Source of the DNA: Planctomycetota bacterium
Lineage (GTDB): Bacteria > Planctomycetota > UBA1135 > UBA2386
Reading direction: 5' to 3'
Assembly: GCA_046290465.1 (NCBI GenBank)
Contig: JBKAGP010000001.1
Span: 6,272,001-6,336,000, forward strand
Length of the DNA stretch: 64,000 bases
Shown: positions 26,706-37,234 of the stretch, one piece after another
Layout of the letters: each line of letters starts with the position of its first letter
Position numbering within the stretch: position 1 is the stretch's first letter
The notes under the pieces: model-generated
Seen by the model: the letters and a program-made list of their open reading frames with translations, nothing else
What the model was told of the DNA's origin: nothing
Database searches by the model: none
Position numbers and translations under genes: made by a program

Positions 26706-29357
26706 CTACGCTTGAGCTGCGGGTGGCGCGAGTTCGCGTCGCCGGCGCGCGCGCATGAGCCACCATGTCGCGATCGCGCACAGCGTCGCGAATGCCGCCA
26801 GCGACAGCCCCGCGGTGAGACCGGGTGCCGTGTAGTGCAGCACCACGCGGCAGGCGCGGTCCGGTAGCGCGACGAGCCGCTGGCTGTGGTTGCAGCGCAC
26901 GATCGTCGCCGGCTCGCCGTCGATGCTCGCGCTCCACCCCGGCAAGAACGTGTCGGCCAGCACCAGCGCGCGGCCGGCGCCGGCCGCGACGTCGAGCTCG
27001 ATGTGGCTCGCGTGGTCCTGCAAGAACGTCACCGCGCGCATCGGCGCGCCGTTCGGTGCTGCGTCGATCTCGTCCGGATCGATCGCCGCGGGCAGGTCGC
27101 CCATGACCACGTAGGCCTGCGCCGCCGGCGCCAGCGTCGGCGCCGTCAGGGCAGCGAGCACGGTCTCGTCGTCGGCGAGAACCTCGAGCTTCGGCACCAC
27201 GAACGCGCGCGGCAGCGCGCGCGGCCGTTCGTGCACGAAGAACGCCTCGCCGCGGCCGCGCAGCTGCGGGCCGACCACCTCCCCGAGCCGGAACGGCGGC
27301 CGGTCGAGGCCGGCCTCGTTGCTCAGCACGAACCGCAGGCCGACCAGGTCGAACCACGGATGCCGCAGCAGCGCCGCCGGCAGCGTCGTGGTCAGGTAGC
27401 CCTTGCCGGCGACGCGGGTGCCGACGTCCGCGTCGAGCTGCAGGCGCTGCCAGTTCTGGTCGAGCAGGCGCCGCAGCGGCTGCAGCGTGCGCGCGTCGGC
27501 GTGGCTGTAGTAGTTGAGGTCGCGCAGGCCGTCGATCGCGAACTGGCCCGGCCACGGCGCGACCGGCTTCGCGGTCGCGCGCACGATCGTCGCGCCGCCC
27601 TGGCCGGCGAGCGCCGTGGTTCGTTCGCGCAAGAACGTGTGCACCTCGGAGCCGCGCGTTCCCGGCGCCGCCGTGCCGCGGGTGATGCGCTGGCCGTGCA
27701 GCGCCAGCTGCGCGATCGCCGCGGCGACGCCGACGCCGAGCACGACCTCGCGGCCGCGGCCGCGCAGCAGCCCGAACAGCAGCAGCACCGCGCCGGCACC
27801 GCCGAGCCACAGCGCGCCGCGCGAGCCGGCCCGCGCAAAGCTGTCGAAGCCCTGCGCGAAGCGGTCGTGCCGGCCCGGAGGGTCGCCCTGCACGTAGTCG
27901 ACGACGCCCTTGCGCTCGCTGTCGTAGTGCGCCATCAGCGCTTCGACCGCCCAGTCCGGATCGTCGCGGTGGAACGTCGCCGGCAGGCCGGTGCTCCACC
28001 ACAGGATCAGCGCGGCCAGCAGCGCGACGGCGCCGCTGGCGATCGGCACGCGCGGCTTCGCGGTGCGCAGCCGATCGACGCCGAGCGCCGCCAGCCACGC
28101 GACGAACAGCGTGCCGGCGGCCGGCCACCGCATCGGCCAGACGTTCTGCACGACCGGCAGGTGGAACAGCCACTGCAGGACCGGCAGGAACAGCCCGAGC
28201 CCGAGCGCGAACCCGCACGCGGCGCGCGCGAACCACACGTAGCGGCCGCGCGCCGACAGCAGCCCGAGCGCGGCGAGCAGCAGGCCGAGGCTCGAGATCG
28301 TCAGCGAGTACTCGGTGTAGTTGTAGTTGGGCAGCGCCGCCTTGCCGCTGTCGAGCGCGCGGGTGTTGAGCAGCAGCTGCATCGGGCCGCTGTGGTAGGC
28401 GACGCCGTCGAGGCGGCTCGGGTGGCCGAACGCGTCCGGCATCAGCCACGTCAGCAGCCCGTACGGTTCGAACGCCTGGCCGGAGATGTCGTCCCACGCC
28501 GGCGTCGGCGGACGCGCGCTGTCGGGGAAGAACAGCAGCGACGGCAGCACCTGCGGCAGCGACCAGCACGCGCCGAGGCCGAGGCCCAGGGCCAGCCAGC
28601 CGCACAGGCGCAGCGCGTGCCGACGGTCTCGCGCGACGAACCGCGCGCCGCAGAGCCAGACGAACCACAGCCCGGCGAACACGGTCGCGGTCGCCGCGAA
28701 CGGCGGGAAGCCGCCGAGCCAGGTCATCGCGAACGCGACCGCGAGGCCGGCCACCTGCAGCGGCCGCACGCGCTCGGCGTGCGCGATCCGCAGCATCGCC
28801 CACAGCACGCCGGGCAGCCACACGTAGCTGGCCAGCCGCATCCAGAAGAAGCTGTTGGCGGCCATCGGTCCCGACAGCTCGAACAGCGCCGCGCCGACGA
28901 ACGCGGCCGCGGCACCGAGGCCGACCTGGCGCAGCAGGCCGAACGCCAGCAGGCCGCCGAGCATCAGGTTGATCCACGCCACCACCCCGAGCCGCGCCGC
29001 CGGTTGGTCGGCGAACAACGCGATCCAGTTCGGCGGATAGCACAGCCCGATCAGGCCGTGGGCGTGCAGCGGCGCGCCGGTGCGGGCGCGCGGGTTCCAG
29101 ACCGGCAGGCGGCCGGCGCGCAGCTCGTCGCGCGCGAACTCGAATTCGGGCAGGAACCAGACCGGCACCTCGGTGACGTCGAAGTTGGCGCCGTCGCGCG
29201 CCGTCGCCAGCTCGGCGTCGGTCGCGGTGGTGCGGACCGGCGGGAACTGGTCGACGTCGTACGACACGAAGTAGCGGTCGCCGAACGTGCACGGCCACAG
29301 CCACAGCAGCGGCAGCAGCACCAGGGCGACGATCGCCAGCGCGTCGCGGCGGTTCAT
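26706..29357 (-). CDS. YfhO-family (GT-C-like) membrane protein
   Basis: GRLPVWNP...GAP, LCYPPN, LPRAF, LADTFLPGWSASIDG, C-terminal TM. Confidence 0.85.
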   Translation of the reverse strand: MNRRDALAIVALVLLPLLWLWPCTFGDRYFVSYDVDQFPPVRTTATDAELATARDGANFDVTEVPVWFLPEFEFARDELRAGRLPVWNPRARTGAPLHAHGLIGLCYPPNWIALFADQPAARLGVVAWINLMLGGLLAFGLLRQVGLGAAAAFVGAALFELSGPMAANSFFWMRLASYVWLPGVLWAMLRIAHAERVRPLQVAGLAVAFAMTWLGGFPPFAATATVFAGLWFVWLCGARFVARDRRHALRLCGWLALGLGLGACWSLPQVLPSLLFFPDSARPPTPAWDDISGQAFEPYGLLTWLMPDAFGHPSRLDGVAYHSGPMQLLLNTRALDSGKAALPNYNYTEYSLTISSLGLLLAALGLLSARGRYVWFARAACGFALGLGLFLPVLQWLFHLPVVQNVWPMRWPAAGTLFVAWLAALGVDRLRTAKPRVPIASGAVALLAALILWWSTGLPATFHRDDPDWAVEALMAHYDSERKGVVDYVQGDPPGRHDRFAQGFDSFARAGSRGALWLGGAGAVLLLFGLLRGRGREVVLGVGVAAAIAQLALHGQRITRGTAAPGTRGSEVHTFLRERTTALAGQGGATIVRATAKPVAPWPGQFAIDGLRDLNYYSHADARTLQPLRRLLDQNWQRLQLDADVGTRVAGKGYLTTTLPAALLRHPWFDLVGLRFVLSNEAGLDRPPFRLGEVVGPQLRGRGEAFFVHERPRALPRAFVVPKLEVLADDETVLAALTAPTLAPAAQAYVVMGDLPAAIDPDEIDAAPNGAPMRAVTFLQDHASHIELDVAAGAGRALVLADTFLPGWSASIDGEPATIVRCNHSQRLVALPDRACRVVLHYTAPGLTAGLSLAAFATLCAIATWWLMRARRRRELAPPAAQA

Positions 29358-31972
29358 CGCGGCCTCCGGCCGGTGGCGAGCGCCGCGGTGACCAGCAGCA
29401 GCGCCAGCAGCGACAGCCGCAGCGGCCAGACCGCGCGCGCCTGGTCGTACGTGAACACGACGCGGTGCTCGCCGGCGGGCACGTAGACCGCGCGCAGGTA
29501 GTGGTCGGCGATGCGGATCGCGCGGTCCTCGCCGTCGACGGTCGCGCGCCAGCCCTCGTCGAACGGGTCGGCGAGCCGCACGTAGCCGTCGTGGCTGCAG
29601 GTGACCGTCAGCTCGACGCGTTCGTCGTCGTGCCGCGTCACCTGCACGTCGGCGGTCGCGCCGTCGGCCGGGCGCGGGATCGGCGCGGTGGCGTCCTCGA
29701 GCACGACCCGGCGGCGCACGTCGCGGTCGGGTTGCGCCAGCGCCTGCAGGCGCGCGTCGCTGGCGGCGATCATGTCGACCTCGCGCACGAACGTCGCGCG
29801 CGGCATCGCGGTGGTGCGCTCCAGCAGCCGGTAGCGGCCGGTGCCTTCAGGAGTGCGGTCGAGCAGCGTGTCGGTCGCCGGCACCTGTTCGGCCGGGCGC
29901 GGCGTCAGGATGAAGCGCAGGCCGTAGAGGTCAGCCAGCGGGTGCGACAGCGACTCCGGCTCGGTGAACGAGCCGACGCCGGCGCCGCCGTAGCCGATGC
30001 CCTGCTCGATGCACTCGAAGAACTGCTCGAAGCGCGCCGGCGGCAGCGGATTGTAGGCGTTGGCGTCGGCGAGGCCGAGGAACCCCGGCACGTTGCCGGG
30101 CAGCGCCGTGTTCGGCTGCGAGTCCTTCGGCACCAGCCGCTGCAGGCGCGGCCGCGGCCGGCCGTCGACGTGCTCGGCGACGACCGGTGCCAGCACCTTG
30201 GGCAGCTCGGTGATCCGTTCGCTGGCGACCGTCTGCACCGGTCCGAGGCCGAGCACCAGCAGTTCGGTCATGGTCGCGCCCAGCAACACCGCCAGCGTCC
30301 AGACGCGGATCCGCCACAGCGCGACGATGCCGGCGATCGCGACCAGCAGCGTGGTCCAGAACGCGAAGTGCAGCGCGCGGTAGTTGTGCAGCACCTCGCC
30401 GGGCGCCGCCTGCTGGCGGACCCGGGCGACGACCAGTTCGGGGTTGCCGTTGGCGGCACGGACCAGTTCGTGGTCGCCGTCGAGCACGAACAGGTCGGCG
30501 AGCCCGCGCAGGAACTCCGGCTCGGCGCTGCGCTGCCACAGCCACACCAGCGCGGTCAGCGACGCCGCCGCCAGCAGCAACAAGAACGCGTGCCCCGGCC
30601 AGCGCCGTTCGCCGCGCAGCCACGCGTCGGCGCCGAGGCCGCTCAGCACGACCGCCGGCATCGCCACCAGGAACAGCAGCCGCCGCAGGTCGCCCGCGGT
30701 GATGCCCGGCAGCACCCTCGCGATCGTCAAGAACGGCTGCGTCGCCGTCGCCATGCCGAACGCGCCGACCGCGAACAGCGCGAAGAACCACGCCAGCAGC
30801 CGGTGCCGCCTGGGGAACAGCGAGGTCACGGCGGCGGCCAGCGGCAGCACGCCGATCGCGAACGACGTCTCGACCCAGTTCTGGAACGCGCTGCCGTCCT
30901 GGCGCAACGGCTGTTCGAGCAGCACCAGCTGGCTCAGCGGCATGCGCGTGCGAAAGCCGAGCGCGCCGTCGGGGTCGGGGTAGAAGCGGTCGGCCGGCCA
31001 GCTCAGCAGGTCGGGCCACAGCATCGACAGCAGCTGGTTGCCCTCGAGCGCCTCGTCGGCCAGGCGCTGCAGCGAGAACTGCCCCTCGCGCGCCGACTCC
31101 GCCGACGCCATCAGGATCGGCAGCATGTTGGCGAACGACAGCGCACCGCCGACGGCGAGGCCGATGCCGACCGGCAGCAGACGCCGCCAGCGGTCGCCGC
31201 GCTCGGCGCGCAGCAGGCACAGCAGCGCGAATGCACCGGCGAGGTAGGTCGACTGCAGCGCGATCACGACGAAGCCGGTCGACCACGACAGGCCGGCCCA
31301 CAGCGACAGCCAGCCGACGGCCCAGCGGCGTTCGCGGCCGCGCGCGCCGTGCGCGACCAGTTCGTGCACCGCCGACAGCATCGGCCACAGCGACAGCGCG
31401 GCGGTCAGGATCACGTTGTGGTGCAGCTTGCACTGCGTCCACATGCCGAGCGTCGCGGCGACCAGCGCCAGCAGCGCTGCGCCGTGCACGCAGCCGAGTC
31501 GCCGCACGAACCGGTACGCGAACCAGCCGAACAGCACCAGGTGCACCAGGTACCACCAGCCGTACCACTCGACGCTCGGCAGCACGAACAGCAGCAGGTT
31601 GATCGGCTGGAACGGCTGCGCCATCTGCGGCACGAACGGCGCGCCGCCGCCGATGTCGCGCGTCCAGCGCGGGAACTCGCCGTCGGCGAAGCGATCCTGC
31701 ATGACGCGGTCCCAGCACAGCGACTGCAGGTACTTGTCGCTCATGCCGACGTTGCCGCGGAACACCTCGCGCGGGTCGAACGTGCCGGCGGCGCGTTCCT
31801 GTTCCATGACCACGTCGAACAGCTCGGGCGGGTGGGGGACCAGCGCGCGGCCGGGCAGCAGGCCGTCGCGCAGGAACAGCACCGCACACGCGAACGCGAG
31901 CAACAGCGCCTGCCAGTGTTCGCGGCGGCTCGGCGCCGCCGCACGATCGCGGCCATGGTTGGCGTCCGACAT
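29354..31972 (-). CDS. YfhO-family (GT-C-like) membrane protein
   Basis: GEFPRW...GGAPF, AYNPL, MPRA, GWRATVDG; ATG at 31972; ATGA overlap with the next gene. Confidence 0.85.
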   Translation of the reverse strand: MSDANHGRDRAAAPSRREHWQALLLAFACAVLFLRDGLLPGRALVPHPPELFDVVMEQERAAGTFDPREVFRGNVGMSDKYLQSLCWDRVMQDRFADGEFPRWTRDIGGGAPFVPQMAQPFQPINLLLFVLPSVEWYGWWYLVHLVLFGWFAYRFVRRLGCVHGAALLALVAATLGMWTQCKLHHNVILTAALSLWPMLSAVHELVAHGARGRERRWAVGWLSLWAGLSWSTGFVVIALQSTYLAGAFALLCLLRAERGDRWRRLLPVGIGLAVGGALSFANMLPILMASAESAREGQFSLQRLADEALEGNQLLSMLWPDLLSWPADRFYPDPDGALGFRTRMPLSQLVLLEQPLRQDGSAFQNWVETSFAIGVLPLAAAVTSLFPRRHRLLAWFFALFAVGAFGMATATQPFLTIARVLPGITAGDLRRLLFLVAMPAVVLSGLGADAWLRGERRWPGHAFLLLLAAASLTALVWLWQRSAEPEFLRGLADLFVLDGDHELVRAANGNPELVVARVRQQAAPGEVLHNYRALHFAFWTTLLVAIAGIVALWRIRVWTLAVLLGATMTELLVLGLGPVQTVASERITELPKVLAPVVAEHVDGRPRPRLQRLVPKDSQPNTALPGNVPGFLGLADANAYNPLPPARFEQFFECIEQGIGYGGAGVGSFTEPESLSHPLADLYGLRFILTPRPAEQVPATDTLLDRTPEGTGRYRLLERTTAMPRATFVREVDMIAASDARLQALAQPDRDVRRRVVLEDATAPIPRPADGATADVQVTRHDDERVELTVTCSHDGYVRLADPFDEGWRATVDGEDRAIRIADHYLRAVYVPAGEHRVVFTYDQARAVWPLRLSLLALLLVTAALATGRRPR

Positions 31973-32069
31973 GCCCGGTTGACGATGCAGCAGGCGACGG
32001 ATCCGCGCAACCGGGATCGCGGCAGGTCGTTGCCGGCGGAGCAGGCGGCCGTATGGTGGCCGTCCGGCA

Positions 32070-33458
32070 ATGCGCGACGACACGGTCGATACCACGACGA
32101 CGGACGCACTCGGCGCGGCTCCGATCCGTCGCTGGACCGGCCGCGACCTGCTCGTGCTGGCCGCGATCTCGCTGCTGGCGGCGGCGCTGCGGCTGCTGCT
32201 GATCGAGCAGTGGTCGTTCGGTCCCGGCGAAGGCGCGACCTGGCGCGCGATCACGCAGCCGATGTCCGGCGGCGCCGACGGCTTCCCGGCGAGCGAGCAG
32301 AGCAGCTACCCGCTGGGCTTCCTCTTGCTGCGGGCGCTGGTCGAATCCGGTCTGTTGCCGGGCACGACCGAAGGCTGGCTCCGGCTGCCGTTCGCGTTCG
32401 CCGGCTGCCTGGTCACGCCGCTGGTGGCGCTGTTCGCGCGGCCACTGCTCGGCCGCGCCTCTGGCCACCTCGCGGCGCTCGCGATCGCCGTGCATCCCGC
32501 CCAGGTCGCCGCCAGCCAGACCGCCGACCCGGCCGTGTTCGCCGCCGCCGCCGCGCTCGCCGCCGGCGTGCTGTCGATGCGCGGCTGGCGCTGGTCCAGC
32601 TACGTCGCCGTGGTCGTCTGCGGCGGCTGCCATCCGCTCGGCTGGTTCTGGGCGGCGGGGCTGGTGCTGGCGACGCGGCCGCTGGCGTGGGCGTCGCGCG
32701 CGCCGCGCTGGTCGTGGCCGCTGCTGGCGCTGGCGGCGCTGCCGCTGCTGCCCGATCTGGTGCACGGCCCGGCGGTCGCGGCCCTGCTGCTCGCTGGGGC
32801 GTCGTTCGCGCTGCGGTTGCCCGACGGGCGTGCGTTCGCGCTCGGGGCGCTGCTGCCGCTCGGCGCGGGCGGTCTGTGGTGGTGGTTCGATGCGTCGGTC
32901 GGCGCGTCCGCGCGGGTGCTCGCGGCCCCGGTCGTCGCGGTCCTGGCGGCCTGGTCGTGCGTGCAGTTCGCACGCACCGCCGCCGAACGGCTCGACGTGT
33001 CGTCGCTGGCGAGGCGGCTGGTCGGCGCGGCGCCGACGGTGATGATGGTCGGCGAACTGCTGACCGCGACGTTCCTGTACTTCGCGGTCTACGACGGCGG
33101 CCGTGCGGCGTGGCGCGACGCGCGCGCGGCGGTGGCTTCGGCGCGGGTCGCCGGCCGCGACCTGGTGATCGTCACCGGCCGCGGCGCCGACGTGATGCGT
33201 TCGTACCTGCGGCCCAACCACTGGCGCGATCCCGGCCGCGACGCACACCCGGGCGTGCTCGTGCTGCCGCTCGCCGACGACGCCGCGGCGCGGGCCAGGC
33301 AGACCGAACTGCCGGGCGCGCTGTTCGTGCTGCAGCACGACGAACGTGCGCTGCTCGGCGACGCCGCCGACGCGTTCGTGGTGGTGGCGCTGTGGTCGGG
33401 TCCGCGAGCGGACGGGGATGGGTCGCTGTACGTGATGCGGCGACGCCAGCCGGACTGA
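32070..33458 (+). CDS. GT-C fold (PMT/ArnT-like) membrane protein
   Basis: AAALRL, YPLGFLLL, EGWLRLP, SQTA pattern; many TM segments. Confidence 0.65.
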   Translation: MRDDTVDTTTTDALGAAPIRRWTGRDLLVLAAISLLAAALRLLLIEQWSFGPGEGATWRAITQPMSGGADGFPASEQSSYPLGFLLLRALVESGLLPGTTEGWLRLPFAFAGCLVTPLVALFARPLLGRASGHLAALAIAVHPAQVAASQTADPAVFAAAAALAAGVLSMRGWRWSSYVAVVVCGGCHPLGWFWAAGLVLATRPLAWASRAPRWSWPLLALAALPLLPDLVHGPAVAALLLAGASFALRLPDGRAFALGALLPLGAGGLWWWFDASVGASARVLAAPVVAVLAAWSCVQFARTAAERLDVSSLARRLVGAAPTVMMVGELLTATFLYFAVYDGGRAAWRDARAAVASARVAGRDLVIVTGRGADVMRSYLRPNHWRDPGRDAHPGVLVLPLADDAAARARQTELPGALFVLQHDERALLGDAADAFVVVALWSGPRADGDGSLYVMRRRQPD

Positions 33459-35306
33459 TCACCAGCGGAACTGCTGCACCAGCGCTTCCAGTTGGGCGGC
33501 GGCTTGGCGCAGGTTGGTGGTCAACGACGCGGTATCCCCGGCGAGTTGGCGGGTTCGCTTGGTGCCGGCGTCGACGCGTGGGCAGACTTCGCCGATGGTG
33601 TTCGCGTCGGCCACCGCAGTCGCCACCAGGGCCTGCACCGAACCGCAGGTGCGGTCCTGGTCGGTGACGACCTGACGGATCTCGTTCTGGTGGTTGCGCA
33701 CGGACTCGACCAGCGTGCGCACGTCGGCCATCTCCGCGGCCGAACTCTCGCTCTCGCGCTGCAACTCGACGACCGACAGGTCGATCGTCGCGGCCTGCTC
33801 GGCGGTGCGCTGGGCCAGGCTGCGCACCTCGTCGGCGACCACCGCGAAGCCGGCACCCGCCTCGCCGGCGCGGGCGGCCTCGATGGCCGCGTTGAGCGCC
33901 AGCAGGTTGGTCTGGCTGGCCAGGCTGCGGATGATCTCGGTGACCTGGCCGATGTCCCGGCTGCTCTCGGCGAGCTTCTGCACGGCGCCGTCGACGCGCT
34001 GGACGGTGTTGGCAACGCGGGTCGACAACTGGTGGGCCTGCTCGGATCCGGCCATGACCTGGCTGCTGCCGGCGGCGAGCGCCACCGTGGTCCGTTCGGC
34101 GTCGCCGACCGCATCGCAGATGCTGCCGCCCTTCTGGGCCAGCACGTGCGCGTGGCCCTCGGCTTCACTGGCCTCCTCGCTGAGCGAGCACGCCGTCTGG
34201 TCGAGTTGCTCGACCGAGCGGTTGAGCTGTTCGATGTTGGTGCCGACCGACGTGACGGTCGCATGGATCTTCTCCACGAACGCGTTGAACCCGATGGCGA
34301 ACTCGCCGAGTTCGTCGTTCGATCGCACCTCGAGGCGCTGCGACAGGTCACAGTCACCTTCCCCGACCCCGCGCAGTACCTTGGCCATGCGGGCGATCGG
34401 ATGCACGACCGCGCGCATCAGCAGCACGACGAGGACTACCAGCAGCAACGCCGTGATCGCCAGCATCAGCCCTCGATCGAAGGCCGCGTCGGCGCCGTCC
34501 GAGGCGACGGCGGCATCGGCCCGTTCGCGGCGTGACTGCAGGGACTCGGCGAACGAGGTCGCGGCGGCCCGGAAGGCGCCGTGCGCGGTGACGCGACGCT
34601 CGACGTGCGCTACGAAGTCGTCGATCGCCGCGCCGAGCCGGGTCGCAGCGGCGGTCGCGGCGGCGCCGCGTTCGGCCACGGTGTCGTCGTCGACGGGCTC
34701 GAAGTCGAACTCGTCCGACTCTTCGTAGAGCGCGCGCAGCGAGCCGGTGATCGACTGGATGGACAGCGTGAGCTGCAGCCTGGCCTGCTCGCCGGGTTCG
34801 GTGCCGGCGGTCGCCGCGTAGCGGTAGAACGCCCCCTGGACCCGTGCGATCAGCTGTCGGACCTCCGAGATCACGAACGTCGCGTCGTCCTCGTCAAGGT
34901 CCAGCACGGCCTCCTCGAGCGCCGACAGCTTGACCAGCAGCGGCGCCTGGCTGGCCTCGACGCTGGTGCGGCTCGCCTCGATCGCCGCCCGCATCGGCAG
35001 CAGCGGCAGCACCGTCGCTGCGAAGGTGCCGGTGCCGGCACGCAGCTCCTCGGGGCCGTTGGCCGTGCACGCCTCGAGGGCCGCGAGGCCTTCGCGCAGC
35101 CTGGTTTCGGTCGCTTCTCCCTGCGTCAGGGCGCGCACCTGGATGCGTGCCTCCAGCACCAGGCTGCGCGCCTTGACCAGGTCGTTGACGAACGCGCTCT
35201 GGCGCTCGGTGCGCTGCACCTGGATCGAGTCCTGCCAGGACATCCATCCGAGCAGAGAACCCTGCAGCAGGACGGCGCCGATCAGCTTCGTTCGTAGTCG
35301 GGCCAT
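33459..35306 (-). CDS. Methyl-accepting chemotaxis protein
   Basis: Two TM segments, HAMP (DLSQRL...DELGE), [31 protein letters not shown]. Confidence 0.95.
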   Translation of the reverse strand: MARLRTKLIGAVLLQGSLLGWMSWQDSIQVQRTERQSAFVNDLVKARSLVLEARIQVRALTQGEATETRLREGLAALEACTANGPEELRAGTGTFAATVLPLLPMRAAIEASRTSVEASQAPLLVKLSALEEAVLDLDEDDATFVISEVRQLIARVQGAFYRYAATAGTEPGEQARLQLTLSIQSITGSLRALYEESDEFDFEPVDDDTVAERGAAATAAATRLGAAIDDFVAHVERRVTAHGAFRAAATSFAESLQSRRERADAAVASDGADAAFDRGLMLAITALLLVVLVVLLMRAVVHPIARMAKVLRGVGEGDCDLSQRLEVRSNDELGEFAIGFNAFVEKIHATVTSVGTNIEQLNRSVEQLDQTACSLSEEASEAEGHAHVLAQKGGSICDAVGDAERTTVALAAGSSQVMAGSEQAHQLSTRVANTVQRVDGAVQKLAESSRDIGQVTEIIRSLASQTNLLALNAAIEAARAGEAGAGFAVVADEVRSLAQRTAEQAATIDLSVVELQRESESSAAEMADVRTLVESVRNHQNEIRQVVTDQDRTCGSVQALVATAVADANTIGEVCPRVDAGTKRTRQLAGDTASLTTNLRQAAAQLEALVQQFRW

Positions 35307-35333
35307 TGGAGTGTGGGCAGGATGTGGGCCTTG

Positions 35334-35987
35334 CTACTTGCCTAGATCGAGCTCGACCTGGGCGGCCTTGCCGTTGACGACGACGACCTCGTGCTGCAGC
35401 GAGTCGAACTTCTTGTTCCACGAGCGCAGCACGTACTTGCCGGCCGGCACGTCGGCGATCTCGAACTCGGCGCGATAGAACTTCTTGCCGTCGGCGTTCT
35501 TCTTGCGGCTCTTCTTCCACTTCGTCGCGGTGAAGAACGGCGAGTCGATCGCGACCACCGTCATGGTCATCTCCGGGTGCAGCCGGCAGACGATCGGAAA
35601 GCAGCCCGCCTTGTCGAACGTGTGCTCCTTCTTCTTGCCGGTCTCCATGTCGACGTCGAGCTTGCAGCAGTCGGTGTCGATGAACACGTTGTGGGTGACC
35701 TTGTCCCCGTTGAGGAACGTCACCCTGGTGCCGGTCTGCACCGGCAGCACGCGCGGCGAGAATTGCAGCTTCTTCTGGTTGACGGTGGCGGTCTTACCCT
35801 TGCCGGTCGTCGCGACCTTCTTGGTCGGGACCAGGTAGAGCACCATCTCCGCCTGCGACTGCGCGCCGCGCGTCCGCAGCCTCGCGGTGGTCGTCAGGTG
35901 GCCCTTGACCGAGCCGCTGGCCGGAGCCTGTGCCGGCAGCGACGCGGCCAGCAGCGTGGCGGCCGCGATTGGCAGGATGCGCATCAC
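35334..35987 (-). CDS. Exported cupredoxin-like protein (methylamine-utilization/MauL-like)
   Basis: Signal peptide; FSPRVLPV, HNVF, CRLHPEM; VPAGKY C-terminal beta domain. Confidence 0.8.
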   Translation of the reverse strand: MMRILPIAAATLLAASLPAQAPASGSVKGHLTTTARLRTRGAQSQAEMVLYLVPTKKVATTGKGKTATVNQKKLQFSPRVLPVQTGTRVTFLNGDKVTHNVFIDTDCCKLDVDMETGKKKEHTFDKAGCFPIVCRLHPEMTMTVVAIDSPFFTATKWKKSRKKNADGKKFYRAEFEIADVPAGKYVLRSWNKKFDSLQHEVVVVNGKAAQVELDLGK

Positions 35988-37150
35988 TTGCCTTGCTCCT
36001 CTGGTTGGCCTGCCGACGGCAGCGGCGGCAGCAGTGGGCGGCCCTGGTAGGTGCCGGTCAGCGACCGCAGGAACGCGACGAGGTCGCCGGTATCGCGCTC
36101 GTCGAGTTCGATCCCGAGCTGGTGATCGGCCATCTCGCGCACGGCCTGGGCCAGTGTCGCGACCGAGCCATCGTGGAAGTAGGGCGAGGTCACCGCGACG
36201 TTGCGCAGCGACGGCACCTTGAACATGTGGCGATCACGTTCGTCCTTGGTCACGTTGAACCGGCCGAGGTCGGCGTGCATGACGGCGCGGTCGGTGAAGT
36301 AGTCCTTGGCGCGGCCGAGCTTCTGGAACGCCTTGCCGCCGGCCGCTTCGCCGTAGTGGCACTCGGTGCAGCCGACGTGCTTGAACAACGCGTAGCCGCG
36401 CAGCTGGGATTCGTTCAGCGCGCCCTCGTCGCCTTCGAGCCAGCGATCGAACGGCGCATCCGGAGTGACCAGCGTCAGCTCGAACGTCGCGATCGCCTCG
36501 AGGATGTGGTCGCGGTCGATGTCGTCCTCGCCCTCGACGTCGTCGAAGGCCTTGGCGAATGCGGCCACGTAGGCCCGGTCCTGCTGGATGCGTGCGACGA
36601 TCTCGTCGAAGTCGCTGCCCATCTCCCCGGCCGCCTCGGGCGGACCGCCTGCTTGCTCCTGCAGGTCCTGCGCACGCCCGTCCCAGAACTGCGCGACCGA
36701 CAGCGCTGCGTTGAACACGGTCGGGGTGTTGACGGGGCCGACCTGGCCGTAGATGCCGACGGCACGGGCGAAGCGATCGATCCCGCCGAAGCGCAGGTCG
36801 TGGCAGGTGGCGCACGAGACCGTGAAGTCCTTCGACAGGCGCGTGTCGTGGAACAGCATGCGACCGAGCTCGATCCGCGCCGGGTCGTTCTCGAGTCCGG
36901 TGATCTCCTCGAGTTCTTCGAGATCGGGCAACACCTCCAGCGGCTCGTCGTCGGTCGGCGTGCGCAGCACCACCAGCGCGGCTTCCGCCTGGTCCGCCAC
37001 GCTCGTTTCCCCGGCCGGCGCCGGCGCCGGCTGTGGCGCAGGGTCCCCGACCGATGGTTGCTGCGTTCGGGTGATCTCTTCGTTGGTTCCCTGGCAGGCG
37101 GACGCCAGCAGGACATAGCCGAAGAGCGTAGCAATACGCGTTGGTAGCAT
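35984..37150 (-). CDS. Di-heme cytochrome c peroxidase, probable lipoprotein
   Basis: LASAC lipobox; SCATCH, NTPTVFN, QFWDGRA, GCTECH, FKVPSLRNV, PYFHDG. Confidence 0.93.
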   Translation of the reverse strand: MLPTRIATLFGYVLLASACQGTNEEITRTQQPSVGDPAPQPAPAPAGETSVADQAEAALVVLRTPTDDEPLEVLPDLEELEEITGLENDPARIELGRMLFHDTRLSKDFTVSCATCHDLRFGGIDRFARAVGIYGQVGPVNTPTVFNAALSVAQFWDGRAQDLQEQAGGPPEAAGEMGSDFDEIVARIQQDRAYVAAFAKAFDDVEGEDDIDRDHILEAIATFELTLVTPDAPFDRWLEGDEGALNESQLRGYALFKHVGCTECHYGEAAGGKAFQKLGRAKDYFTDRAVMHADLGRFNVTKDERDRHMFKVPSLRNVAVTSPYFHDGSVATLAQAVREMADHQLGIELDERDTGDLVAFLRSLTGTYQGRPLLPPLPSAGQPEEQGK

Positions 37151-37234
37151 GAGCACCCCCGGCATCGTCCGGATGCGGGGGCCGCGTTCAGGTGTGATAC
37201 GCCTAGGGGATCACCCGCGCCCCGGTCGCCACCC

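Noticed and set aside
29465..33667. Very long alternative-frame ORFs (1400 aa here; also 12950-16777, 41515-44721 and the 5' part of 52637-56749)
   Set aside because: Shadow ORFs of high-GC genes: Arg/Ala/Gly-rich, no motifs, overlapping well-supported CDSs
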